Source: Prorocentrum cordatum
Taxonomy: Eukaryota
Length of the DNA: 64,000 nt
Reading direction: 5' to 3'
Assembly: GCA_963575745.1 (NCBI GenBank)
Contig: CAUYUJ010000170.1
Location: 558,001 to 622,000 of the forward strand
Part shown: piece by piece, positions 20,402 to 32,011 of the stretch
Layout: every line of letters begins with the position of its first letter
Position numbering within the stretch: position 1 is the stretch's first letter
Translations under genes and position numbers: made by a program
Notes under the pieces: generated by a model
Told to the model about the DNA's origin: nothing
Seen by the model: the letters and a program-made list of their open reading frames with translations, nothing else
The model's database searches: none

Positions 20402-22801
20402 ATGAGCGAGGAGGAGCCGAACAACGTCGCTGGCGAGGAGGAGTCGAACGACGTCAGCCGCGAGGAGGGACCCGCGGAGGTGCCGGTGGTGATGGCGACG
20501 CTAGTGCAGCCGTCGATCCCTCCAGGGGCGTCCCCGTCCGTGACCGGCCAGGGCGGGTATTGGATGGAGTTCATTGACATCGACATGTGCAGGCAGGGGG
20601 ACGCGGAGATCGTCCACGATTGGATGCGCAGCACGACGATCGAGGACCTGAAGAGGACGGTCGAGGAGAAGGGCTACTCTGCCATAACCGTGAGCAACGG
20701 CCACCCCTCCTTCGGGCACGCGGCCCTGAAGAAGTTCGACTTCCAGCTCACGCACATGCACTGCAAGCCCATCTCTTCCTGCTGCAAGCACCCGTGCAAG
20801 ATCTACATCTACACCTCCAGCTCTGCGCCCGGCTCCGGCGGGCGTGCCCCTGCCCTGGAGGCCGGGGAGCCGAGCATCGACGGAGATTATTTCTCCTTCA
20901 AGACGGGCGGGGACCCCGCCGCCGTCGTGGACCGGTTCCGGGCGCAAAGGAGTGGCAACAGGGTCACCTACTACCGGAACCAGCGGCATCCGGGCCATGG
21001 CGCGCAGCCAGGGTCCATCGCCTGCGAGAGCTACACCATATCAGGAGACGTGCTCACGGGCCCCGTGTCGGCCACCGTCCAGGCCAACGGGGACATCGTG
21101 TACAGCCACGGGTACACCTCCAGGAGGCTACGGGTGCTGCCACACGGGGACGCAGTGTACAGTTCCGAAGGCTCGGGGCCGTCCGTGACGGGCAGGGGCG
21201 GACGATGGATGGCGTACACCGACATCGACATGTGCGGGCAGGGAGACACCGAGATCATCCCTGATTGGCGGTCGCACACTACGCTCGAAGACTTGAAGAG
21301 GACCGTGGAGTTGAAGGGTTACTCGGCCATCACGGTCAGCAATGGACACCCCAGTTTCGGGCATGCAGCCCTCAAGAAGTTCCCCTACCAGCTCACGACA
21401 GAGCATTGCAAGCCGATATCGACTTGCTGCAGGCACCCGTGCAAGATCTACATCTATGATTCTACGGGCGCGTCGCCATTGAAAGACGATGTGTGCATCG
21501 GGAGTGCAGCGGGTGCTTGTGACCCTGGCACGGACTACGTCTCGTTCAAGACAGGCGGAGACCCCGGCAGCATCGTGGACCGCTTCCGGGCAGTCAGGGC
21601 TGGCGACACTTTGACATTCTACCGGAACCAGCCCAGCCCAGGGCCCTGCGCGCAGCCGGGTACCATTGCATGTGAGAGCTACACCATACGGGGCGATCGC
21701 CTCAGTGGGGCGGTGTCGGCCACCGTTCAGCCTAATGGAGACATTACGTGGAGCCATGGGTACACCTCCAGGCCCAGGGCGAGCACCGAGGCTGCCTTGC
21801 GGCATGGGGCGACAGCGTCGGTGACAGGCAGGAGTGGGTATTGGATGGAATTCCAAGACATCGATATGTGCAGACAAGGGGACGTGTCTATCATTCAAAA
21901 TTGGCGCTCTGTCACCTCGATCGAGGCGATGAAGAGGACCGTGGAGGAGAACGGATATTCCGCCATCACTGTAAGCAACGGCAACCCTAGCTTTTTGCAT
22001 GCGGCCATCAAAAAATTTGATTTCCAGCTGAAGCCAGAGTACTGCAAGCCCATCTCTTCCTGCTGCAGGCACCCGTGCAAGATTTACATCTACTTTCCTA
22101 CGCCAGGTAGAGGGGTCAGTGCCCCAGTCGAGCGAGACGAGATACACATCGACGGAGATTATTTCTCCTTCAAGACGGGCGGGGACCCCGCCGCCGTCGT
22201 GGACCGGTTCCGGGCGAAGAGGAGTGGCAACAGGGTCACCTACTACCGGAACCAGCGGCATCCGGGCCATGGCGCGCAGCCAGGGTCCATCGCCTGCGAG
22301 AGCTACACCATATCAGGAGACGTGCTCACGGGCCCCGTGTCGGCCACCGTCCAGGCCAACGGGGACATCGTGTACAGCCACGGGTACACCTCCAGGCGCA
22401 TCCACGGAGGCGGGGGCTTGGCAGCAGACGACATCGCCGTGGTGGTCGGGACGCCCGTGCCAGTTCCGATGCAGGACAACGTCATCCTGGAGCCGCTCCC
22501 TCCAGGCATCATCTCGGCCGAGGACATGGCTGGCTGCTGGACCTGCGCCTGCATCCCCCTCGGCTGCGCCTGCTTCGAGAAGAGAGCCGTGGGGCATGAC
22601 AGGCTCGTGCACAAGGGTCTCGCTTTCTGCTGCTTCGTGCTGCCCTGCCACTTCGTGGAGCCCAGGGTTCGCGTCCCTGGCACCAACGGCTTCTACAAGG
22701 AGGACGAGGGCCCGTCCTCCCGCAATATCGACACATACCACTCGTCGGGGTGTGTCTGTAACGGCCTCGCCTGCTCCATGAAGCTCTGCCCGCTCTGCTG
22801 A
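20402..22801 (+). CDS. Intronless 799-aa protein with three tandem ~210-aa two-domain repeats and a Cys-rich C-terminus; function unknown (copy 1)
   Basis: Long open frame with GC-rich third positions. Repeats W..DIDMCxQGD..GYSAITVSNGxPSF.HAA.KKF..CKPIS.CC.HPCKIYIY and DY.SFKTGGDP..VDRFRA..ACESYTI..SHGYTSR show synonymous divergence. SL relic upstream. Confidence 0.92.
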   Translation: MSEEEPNNVAGEEESNDVSREEGPAEVPVVMATLVQPSIPPGASPSVTGQGGYWMEFIDIDMCRQGDAEIVHDWMRSTTIEDLKRTVEEKGYSAITVSNGHPSFGHAALKKFDFQLTHMHCKPISSCCKHPCKIYIYTSSSAPGSGGRAPALEAGEPSIDGDYFSFKTGGDPAAVVDRFRAQRSGNRVTYYRNQRHPGHGAQPGSIACESYTISGDVLTGPVSATVQANGDIVYSHGYTSRRLRVLPHGDAVYSSEGSGPSVTGRGGRWMAYTDIDMCGQGDTEIIPDWRSHTTLEDLKRTVELKGYSAITVSNGHPSFGHAALKKFPYQLTTEHCKPISTCCRHPCKIYIYDSTGASPLKDDVCIGSAAGACDPGTDYVSFKTGGDPGSIVDRFRAVRAGDTLTFYRNQPSPGPCAQPGTIACESYTIRGDRLSGAVSATVQPNGDITWSHGYTSRPRASTEAALRHGATASVTGRSGYWMEFQDIDMCRQGDVSIIQNWRSVTSIEAMKRTVEENGYSAITVSNGNPSFLHAAIKKFDFQLKPEYCKPISSCCRHPCKIYIYFPTPGRGVSAPVERDEIHIDGDYFSFKTGGDPAAVVDRFRAKRSGNRVTYYRNQRHPGHGAQPGSIACESYTISGDVLTGPVSATVQANGDIVYSHGYTSRRIHGGGGLAADDIAVVVGTPVPVPMQDNVILEPLPPGIISAEDMAGCWTCACIPLGCACFEKRAVGHDRLVHKGLAFCCFVLPCHFVEPRVRVPGTNGFYKEDEGPSSRNIDTYHSSGCVCNGLACSMKLCPLC

Positions 22802-24689
22802 ATGAGACATTGGCGAGATGTTGGATGCAGAGGATGGGTCATGCTGACGAACTGTGACAGCATGATGACCCCCCCTCCCCCCGCAAGCAGACTCTTCCCT
22901 TACCGTTTTGCTGTTGTCTTCGCCTCCCTCGGCTCCTCCTCCTCCTCCTCCTCCTCCTCCTCCTCGTCCTCCTCTTCTTCCTAGGTGTTGCAACCGCCGA
23001 GATTTGGTGGGTCATTAATGACACCCGCACCGTCTTTCAGAGGAGGAAGAGGTACCCATACCGCTACCCTTCCCTCGTTTCTGCCTATTTGGGCCCCCTG
23101 GGAGGCCCTCGTCGCCAAGGCTGGGTTCGCCTCGAAACTCTGGTCAGAACGCACCCGGGAGAGGGCCAGGGAGTAGCGGCACAGGTACCTTTTGGTTTCC
23201 CCAGTCTGCCGAGCTGCGCGTGTTGGTCATTCGCCTCCTGTGCCAAAGCCCGTCGCGTCTTGAACGTCACACGCTGGTCGGGTCATCCGACTGGCGTGAC
23301 TTTGATGTCTCTGTTCTCCGGGCCATTGTCTGCGGAGGCACACGGAGGCCTCGGGGAAGGAGGAGGACGGCGACGCGGACGAGGACACACAGGCAGACAG
23401 GAACCGTGCCCTATAGACATCATTTTTTTTTCTCTTTTTTTTTTTTATTTTTTGTTATTTTATTAAATTATTTTTTAATTTTTTACTTAAACTTATCTAA
23501 TTTTTTTACTCGTATTTATTTATGCTTTTCTTCTATGTGTTACATTTTTTGTGCTCTTATTTTACTAGATTATATCTGTTATTTTTTCCTTTGTCCTTTA
23601 GATTTCTGTTTTTAGTTATTTTATTATAGACGTTTTTTTATTTAGTATTTAGATTCGTTTGTTTTTGTTCTTTGTTTTCTTTAGATTTTTTTGATACTTA
23701 TACTTAGTTTTCTTTCTTCTTATCAAGTCTTGCTTTTTTTAAAAATGTGTATCTTTTATACTCTTTTTATTATGCTTTTGAGATAGATTTTATTTTTTGT
23801 CTAGGTAGAACTTTTTTTACTTTTAATTTGTTTTTTCTATCTTATTCTTTTTTTTGGTAGATAGATAACTGCACATTGGTTGAAGATCGCGTGCGTGAGT
23901 GTATGTACAACAGCACGTTGGCGTCGACAGCCCGAGGAGCAAGGTACAGCCAGCGTCGCCGGCTCCATGGGCAGGGATTGCTTAAACATCTGCGCACACA
24001 TGCCCGACCCCGCCAGAAGGCCCACTTGGTGGAAGACCCGGGAGAGCAACGGCAGCAGGAGGATATGGATAGGGACGAGGACAGGAGGTGGAGAGGAAAC
24101 GAGGGCCCGCGTTCGCGGCACGCGTCGTCGGCCGCCGTGGTGCTGCCTCCCGCCGCGCGTGTGCGCGCGCGCCAGCCCCGCGCGCCTCCCCGCTTCGGGC
24201 TCCGAGGGGGTGCCCCCTCTTCTTGTGGTGAGCTGCACGGGCGTTTCAAGACTGTCTTCTCCCGCTATCGTCGTTGCTCGTGGGCCCCGCTCGCTCCTCG
24301 CCCTTCCTCGTCCTCTCCCTCCCCGCTCCTCCCTCCCCGCCCCCCTCGGCAAGCGAGCCCCGAGTGCGTGCGGCGGCACAAGTCCGCCGTGCTCGCCCCG
24401 CAGCCCGTCGCCGGGGCACCTTCCTGCCCTGGCCTCGAGCAGCGACGCTCCTAGGAGGAGGAGGAGGAGGAGGGGGAGGAGGAGGAGGAGGAGGAGGAGG
24501 AGGAGGAGGAAAAGGAGGAGGAGGAGGAGGAGGAGGGTGAGGGTGAGGGTGAGGGTCAAGCTAGCCAGCTCGAGCGAGTCAAGCATGGCATGCCCATTCC
24601 CACCCGCCCTCCCACAACATAAGAAACAGTGATGGCACAACTGGGGGCTGCGCGGGCATTTAAGTGCGAGTGGAGGATACCCCAGGACA

Positions 24690-24855
24690 CCGCATTGACG
24701 TCCTCGCGGGATGTGCGCCGCGTCCCACTCCCGCCACACATTTCGCATCGTCGACGACAAGACTGGCCATGTTGAAAGGAACAACGGGCACGTTCCGCTC
24801 TCCCACAACATAAAAAAAAAACAATGCTGGCGCAACTGGGTGCTGGCGCGTAGTG

Positions 24856-24888
<33 letters not shown>

Positions 24889-25156
24889 TAGTAGTATAGG
24901 TAGCATAAGTATTAGTAGTATGTAGTAGTAGTAAAGCCGTAGTAGGTAGTAGTATCGTAGTAGTAATCGTAGTAGTAGTAGTAGGTAGTAGCCGTAGTCA
25001 GTAGTATTCGTATAGTAGTAGTAGAGTAGATCGTAAGCTAGTCGTTAGTCCGTAGGTCTAGTAGTAGTAGTAGTAGTAGTAGTAAATAGTAATAGAAAGA
25101 GTAATAGTAATATAATATGTAATAAGTATTGTAATAGTAGTAGTAATATAGGAGTA

Positions 25157-25188
<32 letters not shown>

Positions 25189-25269
25189 CCGTAGTAATTA
25201 GTATAGTAGTAGCTACAGTAGTAGTTAAAAATTTACGATTATCTGTAATAAGATTACTAAACATGTTAT

Positions 25270-25328
<59 letters not shown>

Positions 25329-26075
25329 ATTGTAGTAGTAGTAGTTGTTGTTGTAGAAGTAGTAGCAGTAGTAGTAGTTGTTGTTGTTGTAGTAGTAGTA
25401 CTAGTACTTGTAGTAGCCGTACTAGTAGTGGTTGTTCTAGTGGTAGTGGTAGTAATATTATTATTATTAATAGTAGTAGTAGTAGCAGTAGTAGTAGTAG
25501 TAGTAGTAGTAAGAGTAAGAGTAGTAGTAGTCGTAGTAGTAGTGGTAGTGTACAGTGGATATACGAATAGGTAGTAGTATTAGTAGTACGATTAAAAATA
25601 CGAGTCGTATAAGCAGAAGTACTACAGGTAGTACAAGTACTCGTACGAGTAGTAGTACAGAGTAGTAGCACTATGGAAGTAGAAGTGCTAGTAATACTTG
25701 TACGACTGCTAGACTAGTAGCAATGCCTTTGGTACTACAATTTGCAAAACAAGTAGTAGCAGCAGGAGTAGTAGTAGTAGTAGTAGTAGTAGTCGTACCA
25801 ATGGCACTAGTAACGCTAGTCAGGATGGGAGTGTCCGCAGCCCGCATGGACGTCCGCGTGCGATGTGCGCCGCGTCCCATTCCTGCCACGTATTTCGCAC
25901 CGTCGGCGACAAGGCAGGCCATGCTGAGAGGAAAAAAAGAAGACTTGATATTGATTTTTTATAGTCAGGGTGGGCGGGCCCAGATTGACTGCCGCGCGCG
26001 ATGCGCGCCGCGTCCCATTCCTGCCACGTTTTTCGCATCGCCGACGACAAGAAAGACGATGTTGAGAAGAAAACC
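24690..26075 (+). repeat. (GTA)n microsatellite flanked by a dispersed ~100-140 bp repeat
   Basis: (GTA)n at 24,850-25,795. Motif gatgtgcgccgcgtcccattcctgccac..tttcgcatcgtcgacgacaag at ~24,710, 25,862, 26,000 and degenerate at ~27,480-27,720. Second copy at ~58,600-60,310. Confidence 0.85.
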
Positions 26076-27730
26076 GGCGACTTCGTATTGATTTTTTAGA
26101 GTCCGGATGGGAGGTCCCGGATTGGGCCGCTATCGGCCGAATGCGAGGTAGGTGGGGGTATATAATAATAAGGAACAAGGATGTGGGTGAGGGTGCGTGT
26201 GTGTGTGTGAGTGTGTGGGTGTGTGGTCGTGTGGGCGTGTGGGCGTGTGGGTGTGAGGGTGTGTGTGTGTGGGTGTGTGTGGATGTGTTGTGTGCGTGTG
26301 GGTGTGTTAGTGTGTGTGTGGGTGTGTGTGAGTGTGGGGTCTGTGGGGGTGTGGGGTTTGGAGGTTATGGAAGGTTGTGGGGGTGTGGGGGTTGAGGTGT
26401 GGGGGTTGTGTTGGGCGTGGGGGGCGCTAGCGCGCGCGCGCGCTCGCGCGGGCGCGCGCGGGGGGCCTCCGCGGGGGTGTGGGTGTGGATGTGGAAGCGG
26501 GTGTGAGTGTGTGTGTGCTCGGGTGTTGTGGTGTGTGCGGTGTGGGGGTATGTTGTTGGTGGGTGTGGGTGGGTGGGGTGTTGATGGTGGTGGGTTGGTG
26601 GGTTGTGGGTGTAGTGCCTCGCGCGCGCGCTCGGGCTCTCTGGGTGGGTGGGTGGGTGGGGGAGGGTGGGTGTGTGGGGGGGAATGGGGGTGGGTGCGGG
26701 TGGATGGGGGGTGGATGGGGGTGGGGGTGGTGGGGATGTGTCTGTTGTTCATGCGCTGCCATGCTTACTGCTCTCCTGCTATTGCGGTGAGATACTCGAT
26801 GCACGTCTGAAGGCTGACCAGCTTTGGATTACTCGGTTCTCCTCGCAAGGGCATTCCCTGAACCTCCCTCAACGTTGTCTCCAAGGTTGTGGCAACACGT
26901 TTGACGAGGCGGTTGCTTTCTGAGTCAGAAGATCGTTTGCATGCGTATGGTGTTATGGTCGTGTCGCCACGACGGTACTCTTTTTCTTGAGCCATCACGT
27001 TTACAGTTCGTGCTACAGTTCAGTTTGCTTCAGGCCTTCGTGTCGCCACGACGCCTGCTCTGGAAAATGTTTTGCGCGCTGGAGCGATTTGTAACTGCAC
27101 GCATTTACGCCCCAGCTCGGAGGAAAGCTGGGGGGGAAAAAAAACGCGACAGAGTATCACGGCCAGAATGTGGGAACCGTTTTCCGGTCACCAGGCCCCT
27201 TTGGGCCCCGCCGCAAGACGATGCAATCCAACACACCAGAAGCAAACCAATCGGCGTTAAAATTGTTAAACGCTCGTGGGGGCCATCCTTGGGCCCCGGG
27301 CACGAAATTTGTCACGAAACCTCCCCGAACCTGTCATTGGAAGGCTAGGGAGTTCAATTATCCACAGGTGGGTGGGGGTGGGTGCGGGGGGGATGGGGGT
27401 GGGTGGGTGGGTGGTTGAAGGTGGGTGGGGGTCGTGGCCTTCGAAGAGCGGGGGCTCGTCGACCCGCCCACAACATAAGAAGCAAGTGCGTCGCGTCCGA
27501 CGCCTGTCGCTCATCTTATATCGTGGGCGGCTGGACGTTCAGCGCGCGGCATGAACTGCGTCCTATTCCTGCCGCGTATTGAGCAACGCCGACGAGAAAC
27601 AAGACCGCGCGCGATGTACGCCGCGCCCCGCTCCGACCTCTCATGTTGCATCGTCGGCGACCACATGTCCAGCGCGCAAAGTGCGCCGCGTTTCATTCGA
27701 GCCACGCGTGTTGTACCGCCAATCGTTTCG

Positions 27731-27830
27731 NNNNNNNNNNNNNNNNNNNNNNNNNNNNNNNNNNNNNNNNNNNNNNNNNNNNNNNNNNNNNNNNNNNNNN
27801 NNNNNNNNNNNNNNNNNNNNNNNNNNNNNN
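27731..27830. other. Assembly gap (100 N)
   Basis: Directly visible. Confidence 1.
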
Positions 27831-28876
27831 TCGGGCTGCTGAGGTGATGAAGAGCGAAGATGATGAAGAGCGAGGAATCGAAGGAGAGGCTCGGCTTCAT
27901 GTCCAAGTGGAGGGAAACGCTCCATCCAAGACGCCCACGGCGAATCGACGCCGGCCCCTGCCACTCGGGAGCCTCTTGGACCGTCTTGGGGCCCTTTTGG
28001 GCCGTCTGGCGGGCATCTCGGGAACCTATTCAGCCGTTTGGGGGCGATTCTGCGATGTCTTAGAGCTGTGTATGGTGCAAATTATGTTGTGCAGTATCTG
28101 CGGCGTAAGCCATGTGGTTAACTATATGGGTTAAGCGAAGGCCCCGTACGCAAACGCATACACACCCCATGGCTGCAGGCGCTGCTTGGGGAACTGGGCC
28201 TCTTCGAGGCATTGTTGGAGCCCTCTCGAGGTGCTCCTGGGCCATCCCGGAGCCCCCTCGGGGCCATCTCAGGGGCGAGGGGGCGTGCCGATGGCGGGCC
28301 CGGCGCCTGGCACGCCGTGCGCCCCTGCGGCACGCCAAGAGGAGGCGGCGGATGAGGCCAGGCAGAAGCGCGGGCGACGCGCCCCAAAAACGGGGCAGTC
28401 TTCGCCGGCGTTGGCGCGGAAGCTGCCCGCGCCAGGTCTCGCGTGAGCGCCCTCGTCACCACTGCGGCGTGCCGCGCCGGCGGCCCGCGCAGGCCGCCGC
28501 GCAAGGTCCCCCACGCCATCTCGCGTGAGGCCCGTTTCGTTTCGTCGCTCACGCGGCGCTGCCTGCCTACCAATCATATGTCGAGGGGAGCTGGGCCCCC
28601 GGCCCGGGGGGCGGCCCGCTTCTTCAAGACTCCCCCCCCCCCCAGTCCCGTTTTCAGCCCCAGGGGGGGGGGGGGGCGACCCGCTTCGCGGCCGGGCCCG
28701 CTGCTTGGGAGAGGCCGCAGAGCGGCCCCCAGAGCGATCAGACCGCCGGTCCGGCGGCCCAGGACGGCCCCGAGCCACCCCGAAGACGGCCTCGCGGGGG
28801 CCTCAGACGGCCCCAGAAGCTCTCCAAACGGACCAAGGGGCTCCCAAGACGGCCCCAGGAGGCGCCAAGAGGACCC

Positions 28877-28926
28877 GCCGTGGCCATTCTGGCCCCAGCC
28901 GTTTTGGCCCCCGGATTTTGATCAAC
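28877..28926 (+). other. Tandem relic spliced leaders (two clear, one weak)
   Basis: gccgtggccattctggccccag (18/22 to DinoSL), then ccgttttggcccccg (11/15 to CCATTTTGGCTCAAG), then gattttgatcaac. Confidence 0.8.
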
Positions 28927-29010
28927 CTCGCTGCCCGCCGCACCACGCCGCCACAGCGGCGCCCCCCCCTGCGGGTCGACCCTCGCCCGTCGCTCGGCCC
29001 CTCCGCGGCG

Positions 29011-29388
29011 ATGGCCCCCGCGCGCTCCCGGCCCGCCCTCACCGCCCTGCTGCTCGCCGCGCTCGCCCTCGGCGCGTGCCGCCCGGCGGCCTTCCTCCCC
29101 GCTCCGGCGGGGGCGCCCCCGAGGGCCGGCGGCGCGGGCGGCGAGCCGCTCGGGGCGCACGCTGCGGTGCTGGCCGCCGCCTCCGCCGTGCCCGCGCCGG
29201 CGCTGGCGCTCGCCTCCGAGGACGACGACGGCTTCGACGTGCGCATCATCGCCGTCCTGGCGCTGCCGCTCCTGGCCGCCTCGTGGGCCCTCTTCAACGT
29301 CTGGCGCGTGGCCTTCCGCCAGGGCGCCCGCATCGGCGAGGGCGTGGGCGGCGGGAACTCGAAGATCGGCCTGGCCCCAGAGGAGTGA
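29011..29388 (+). CDS. psbY: Photosystem II protein Y precursor, nucleus-encoded and plastid-targeted (125 aa)
   Basis: Signal peptide MAPARSRPALTALLLAALALG, AFLPAP motif, Ala-rich segment ending ALA, then mature region DVRIIAVLALPLLAASWALFNVWRVAFRQ matching the PsbY pattern D.R...L.P...A..WA..N. Confidence 0.85.
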   Translation: MAPARSRPALTALLLAALALGACRPAAFLPAPAGAPPRAGGAGGEPLGAHAAVLAAASAVPAPALALASEDDDGFDVRIIAVLALPLLAASWALFNVWRVAFRQGARIGEGVGGGNSKIGLAPEE

Positions 29389-29919
29389 GATCCTGGCCGA
29401 GGGGCGGCCCGTCCAGGCCCCGGCCGGCGCGTCGACGGGTGAGTGGCACGCAGGGTGCGCGTGAGCGCCCCGCTTCCTCCCTCGACCTCTCCTCGACCCC
29501 CCACCCCTCGACCCCTCCCCCCCCCTCCTCGACCCCCCCCCCCCCCCTCGACCTCCCTCGCCCACCCCCCCCTCGACCTCTCCTCGACCTCCCTCGACCC
29601 CCCCCCCCCTCGCGCTGGCCGCCAGACCGCCAGACCGCCGCCGCAGGGCCCTGCCGCCCGCAGGCCTCGCGAGAGGTCCTGTGCGAAGAGCGGCGCACTT
29701 TTACACGCCAGCGGACCGCCTCAGTTGACATGCCGTTGCTCGTCCGAACACAGAGGGCGCACTGCAGCTCGCTTTCCCCGTGGATTTTTTCTCTGCTGGC
29801 CCCGCCCCCCCCCGCGCCCTCGGGGCGCAGGCCGGCGGGCCGGGGCCCTCGCCTGGGTGTCTGCCTCCGAGCTCGCCGGAGTGGCTGGGCGGACCGCCGG
29901 GAGGAGCCTTGCGAGCATC

Positions 29920-30526
29920 GGGCAAACAAAAAAGAAGGCGCCAAGATGACCCCGACGAGTGCCCCAAGAGGCCAACATGCCAGATTTTCTTGAGGTGTTT
30001 GAAGGATTTTAGCGTTCTTGCCGCTTCGGGCTTCCGACGCTCCCGGACGCCTCAAGAGGCGCCCACGACCGCCCCGAAACTGCTCAAGAGGACCCAGAAA
30101 TCCCAAAGACGGCGTGAGAGACCTCTCGGGAGCCCCAAGGTGACTCGAGAGGGCCCCAGGATGGCCCATGAGGCCGCTCAAGACGGCACAAGAGAGGCCC
30201 CAGAGCGGCCCAAGAGGGCCCCAAGAGGGGGAACACGAACCTACAATTCCAGCCTTCCGCCTCCCTAGGCCCCCAGGAGGCCCAAAGAGGCCCCGACGAG
30301 GCACCTCGAGGTTCCCAAGAGGCCCCCCAAGAGGCCCCCCAAGAGGCCCCAAGAGGCTCCCCCAAGAGACCCGAAAGAGGCCCCAAGAAGGCTCAAAACG
30401 GTCCCCAAGAGGCTTCACAGCGGCCTTCGACGAGGTTCCCGAGAGGCTCCCCACGAGACATCAACGAACATTCAAGCTGCGTCTGACACACAGCCCAGAC
30501 ACCGTGGCGGGATGCTCCGAAGGCCT
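29920..30526 (+). repeat. Dispersed GGCCCCAAGA-type repeat element
   Basis: Many ccccaagagg units, core ttttagcgttcttgccgcttcgggcttccgacgctcc (~30,007-30,043), ends gtggcgggatgctccgaaggcc. Confidence 0.8.
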
Positions 30527-30594
30527 ACATATGTACACACAATGATATCACACCAGAGGAAAACCCCAATCAGTGGATGGTTTTCGCCGAGGAG

Positions 30595-31380
30595 ATCGAC
30601 CGGGAACCCGGGAGCCCAGGAACTCTGCAGAACCCACCGAAATCGGCCCAGAACCAATAACCGGGAACCCGGGAACCCGGAACCGGGAACCCGGGAACCC
30701 AGCCGGCCACCAAAATCGGCGGGAAATTTTCGCCAAATCTTTCAACCTCCGCTACAATCGTGCATACACATACATACATATGATACCGGAGAAAAACCCC
30801 AGTCATATTTTTTTAATATTCCAATTGCTCCCTTGACAATCGGGCTATAGGGCGGGCTATAGGATTATAGGGCTATAGGGCTATCGGGCTATAGGGCTAT
30901 AGGGCTATCGGGCTATAGGACTGTCGGGCTACCGGGCTACAGGGCTCTAGGGCTATAGGACTGTGACCTATAGGGCCATAGGGCTATAGGGCTATGGGGC
31001 TACAGAGCTATATGGGCTATGGGGCTATAGGGCTATAGGGATATAAGGCTATTAGGGCTATAGGGATATAATGCTATAGGGCTACAGGGCTATAGGGCTA
31101 TACGGCTATAGGGCAATAGGGCTATAAGGCTATAGGGCTACTGGGCTATTGGGCTATTGGGCACCCCCGGGCACCCGGGCATCCCCGGGCACCCAGGCAC
31201 CCGGGCCCGGCCACCGAAATCGGCCACGCACCTCACCGGCCACCCGGGCACCCGGGCACCGCCGGGCACCCGGGCACCCGGGCACCCGGGCCCGGCCACC
31301 GAAATCGGCCGCACACCGGGCACCCGGGCACCCGGGCACCCCCGGGTACCCGGGCCCGGCCACCGAAATCGGCCGCACTT
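30595..31380 (+). repeat. Composite 8-mer minisatellite: (CCGGGAAC)n - (GGGCTATA)n - (CCGGGCAC)n
   Basis: (GGGCTATA)n at ~30,842-31,160. Both flanking arrays contain ccaccgaaatcggcc. Confidence 0.9.
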
Positions 31381-31439
31381 CTCACCAAACCCTTTAATCC
31401 GCTAGGACCCCTACAGAGGCAAGCTCTGATTGGGGAGCA

Positions 31440-31938
31440 TACGTACATACATTTATACATACATACATACATACATGCATGCATGCATGCATGCATACAT
31501 ACATGCATACACATATATATATATATATGTATATATATATAGATGTATATATACAACAATACATACACACATGCATGCATACCTATATACATACATACAT
31601 ACAAACATACATACATACATACATACATACATACATTCATACATACATTCATTCATACACATACACACAGCCATATATACACACATCCATACAGCCATAC
31701 ATACATACAAACATACATACACACATACGCACATACACACATACACATACACACATACACGCATACACACATACACACATACACATACACATACACACTT
31801 AGGTACATACATACATACATTCAATCATCCGTACAATCATACATACATGCATACATACATACATACATACATCTGCACATACATACATCCACACGCACAC
31901 ACATGCATACACACATACACACATACATGCAAACGCAC

Positions 31939-32011
<73 letters not shown>

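Larger units (their letters stand above)
1..26183 (+). repeat. Large direct duplication, copy 1 (left end runs off the window)
   Basis: Position 1 (gatgccaactgacgtcg) matches 34,406. The ORF track repeats identically at offsets 34,405 to 34,359. Similarity ends near aggaacaaggatg (26,171-26,183 vs ~60,413-60,425). Confidence 0.97.

Noticed and set aside
26184..26740. GT-rich tract as a biological feature
   Set aside because: Irregular low-complexity sequence near a contig end, replacing a clean (GAGGGT)n/(GGA)n tract in copy 2. Likely poor consensus.
28443..29993. 516-aa and other long overlapping ORFs around psbY
   Set aside because: Stop-poor GC-rich sequence. Only 29,011-29,388 has recognisable protein features.
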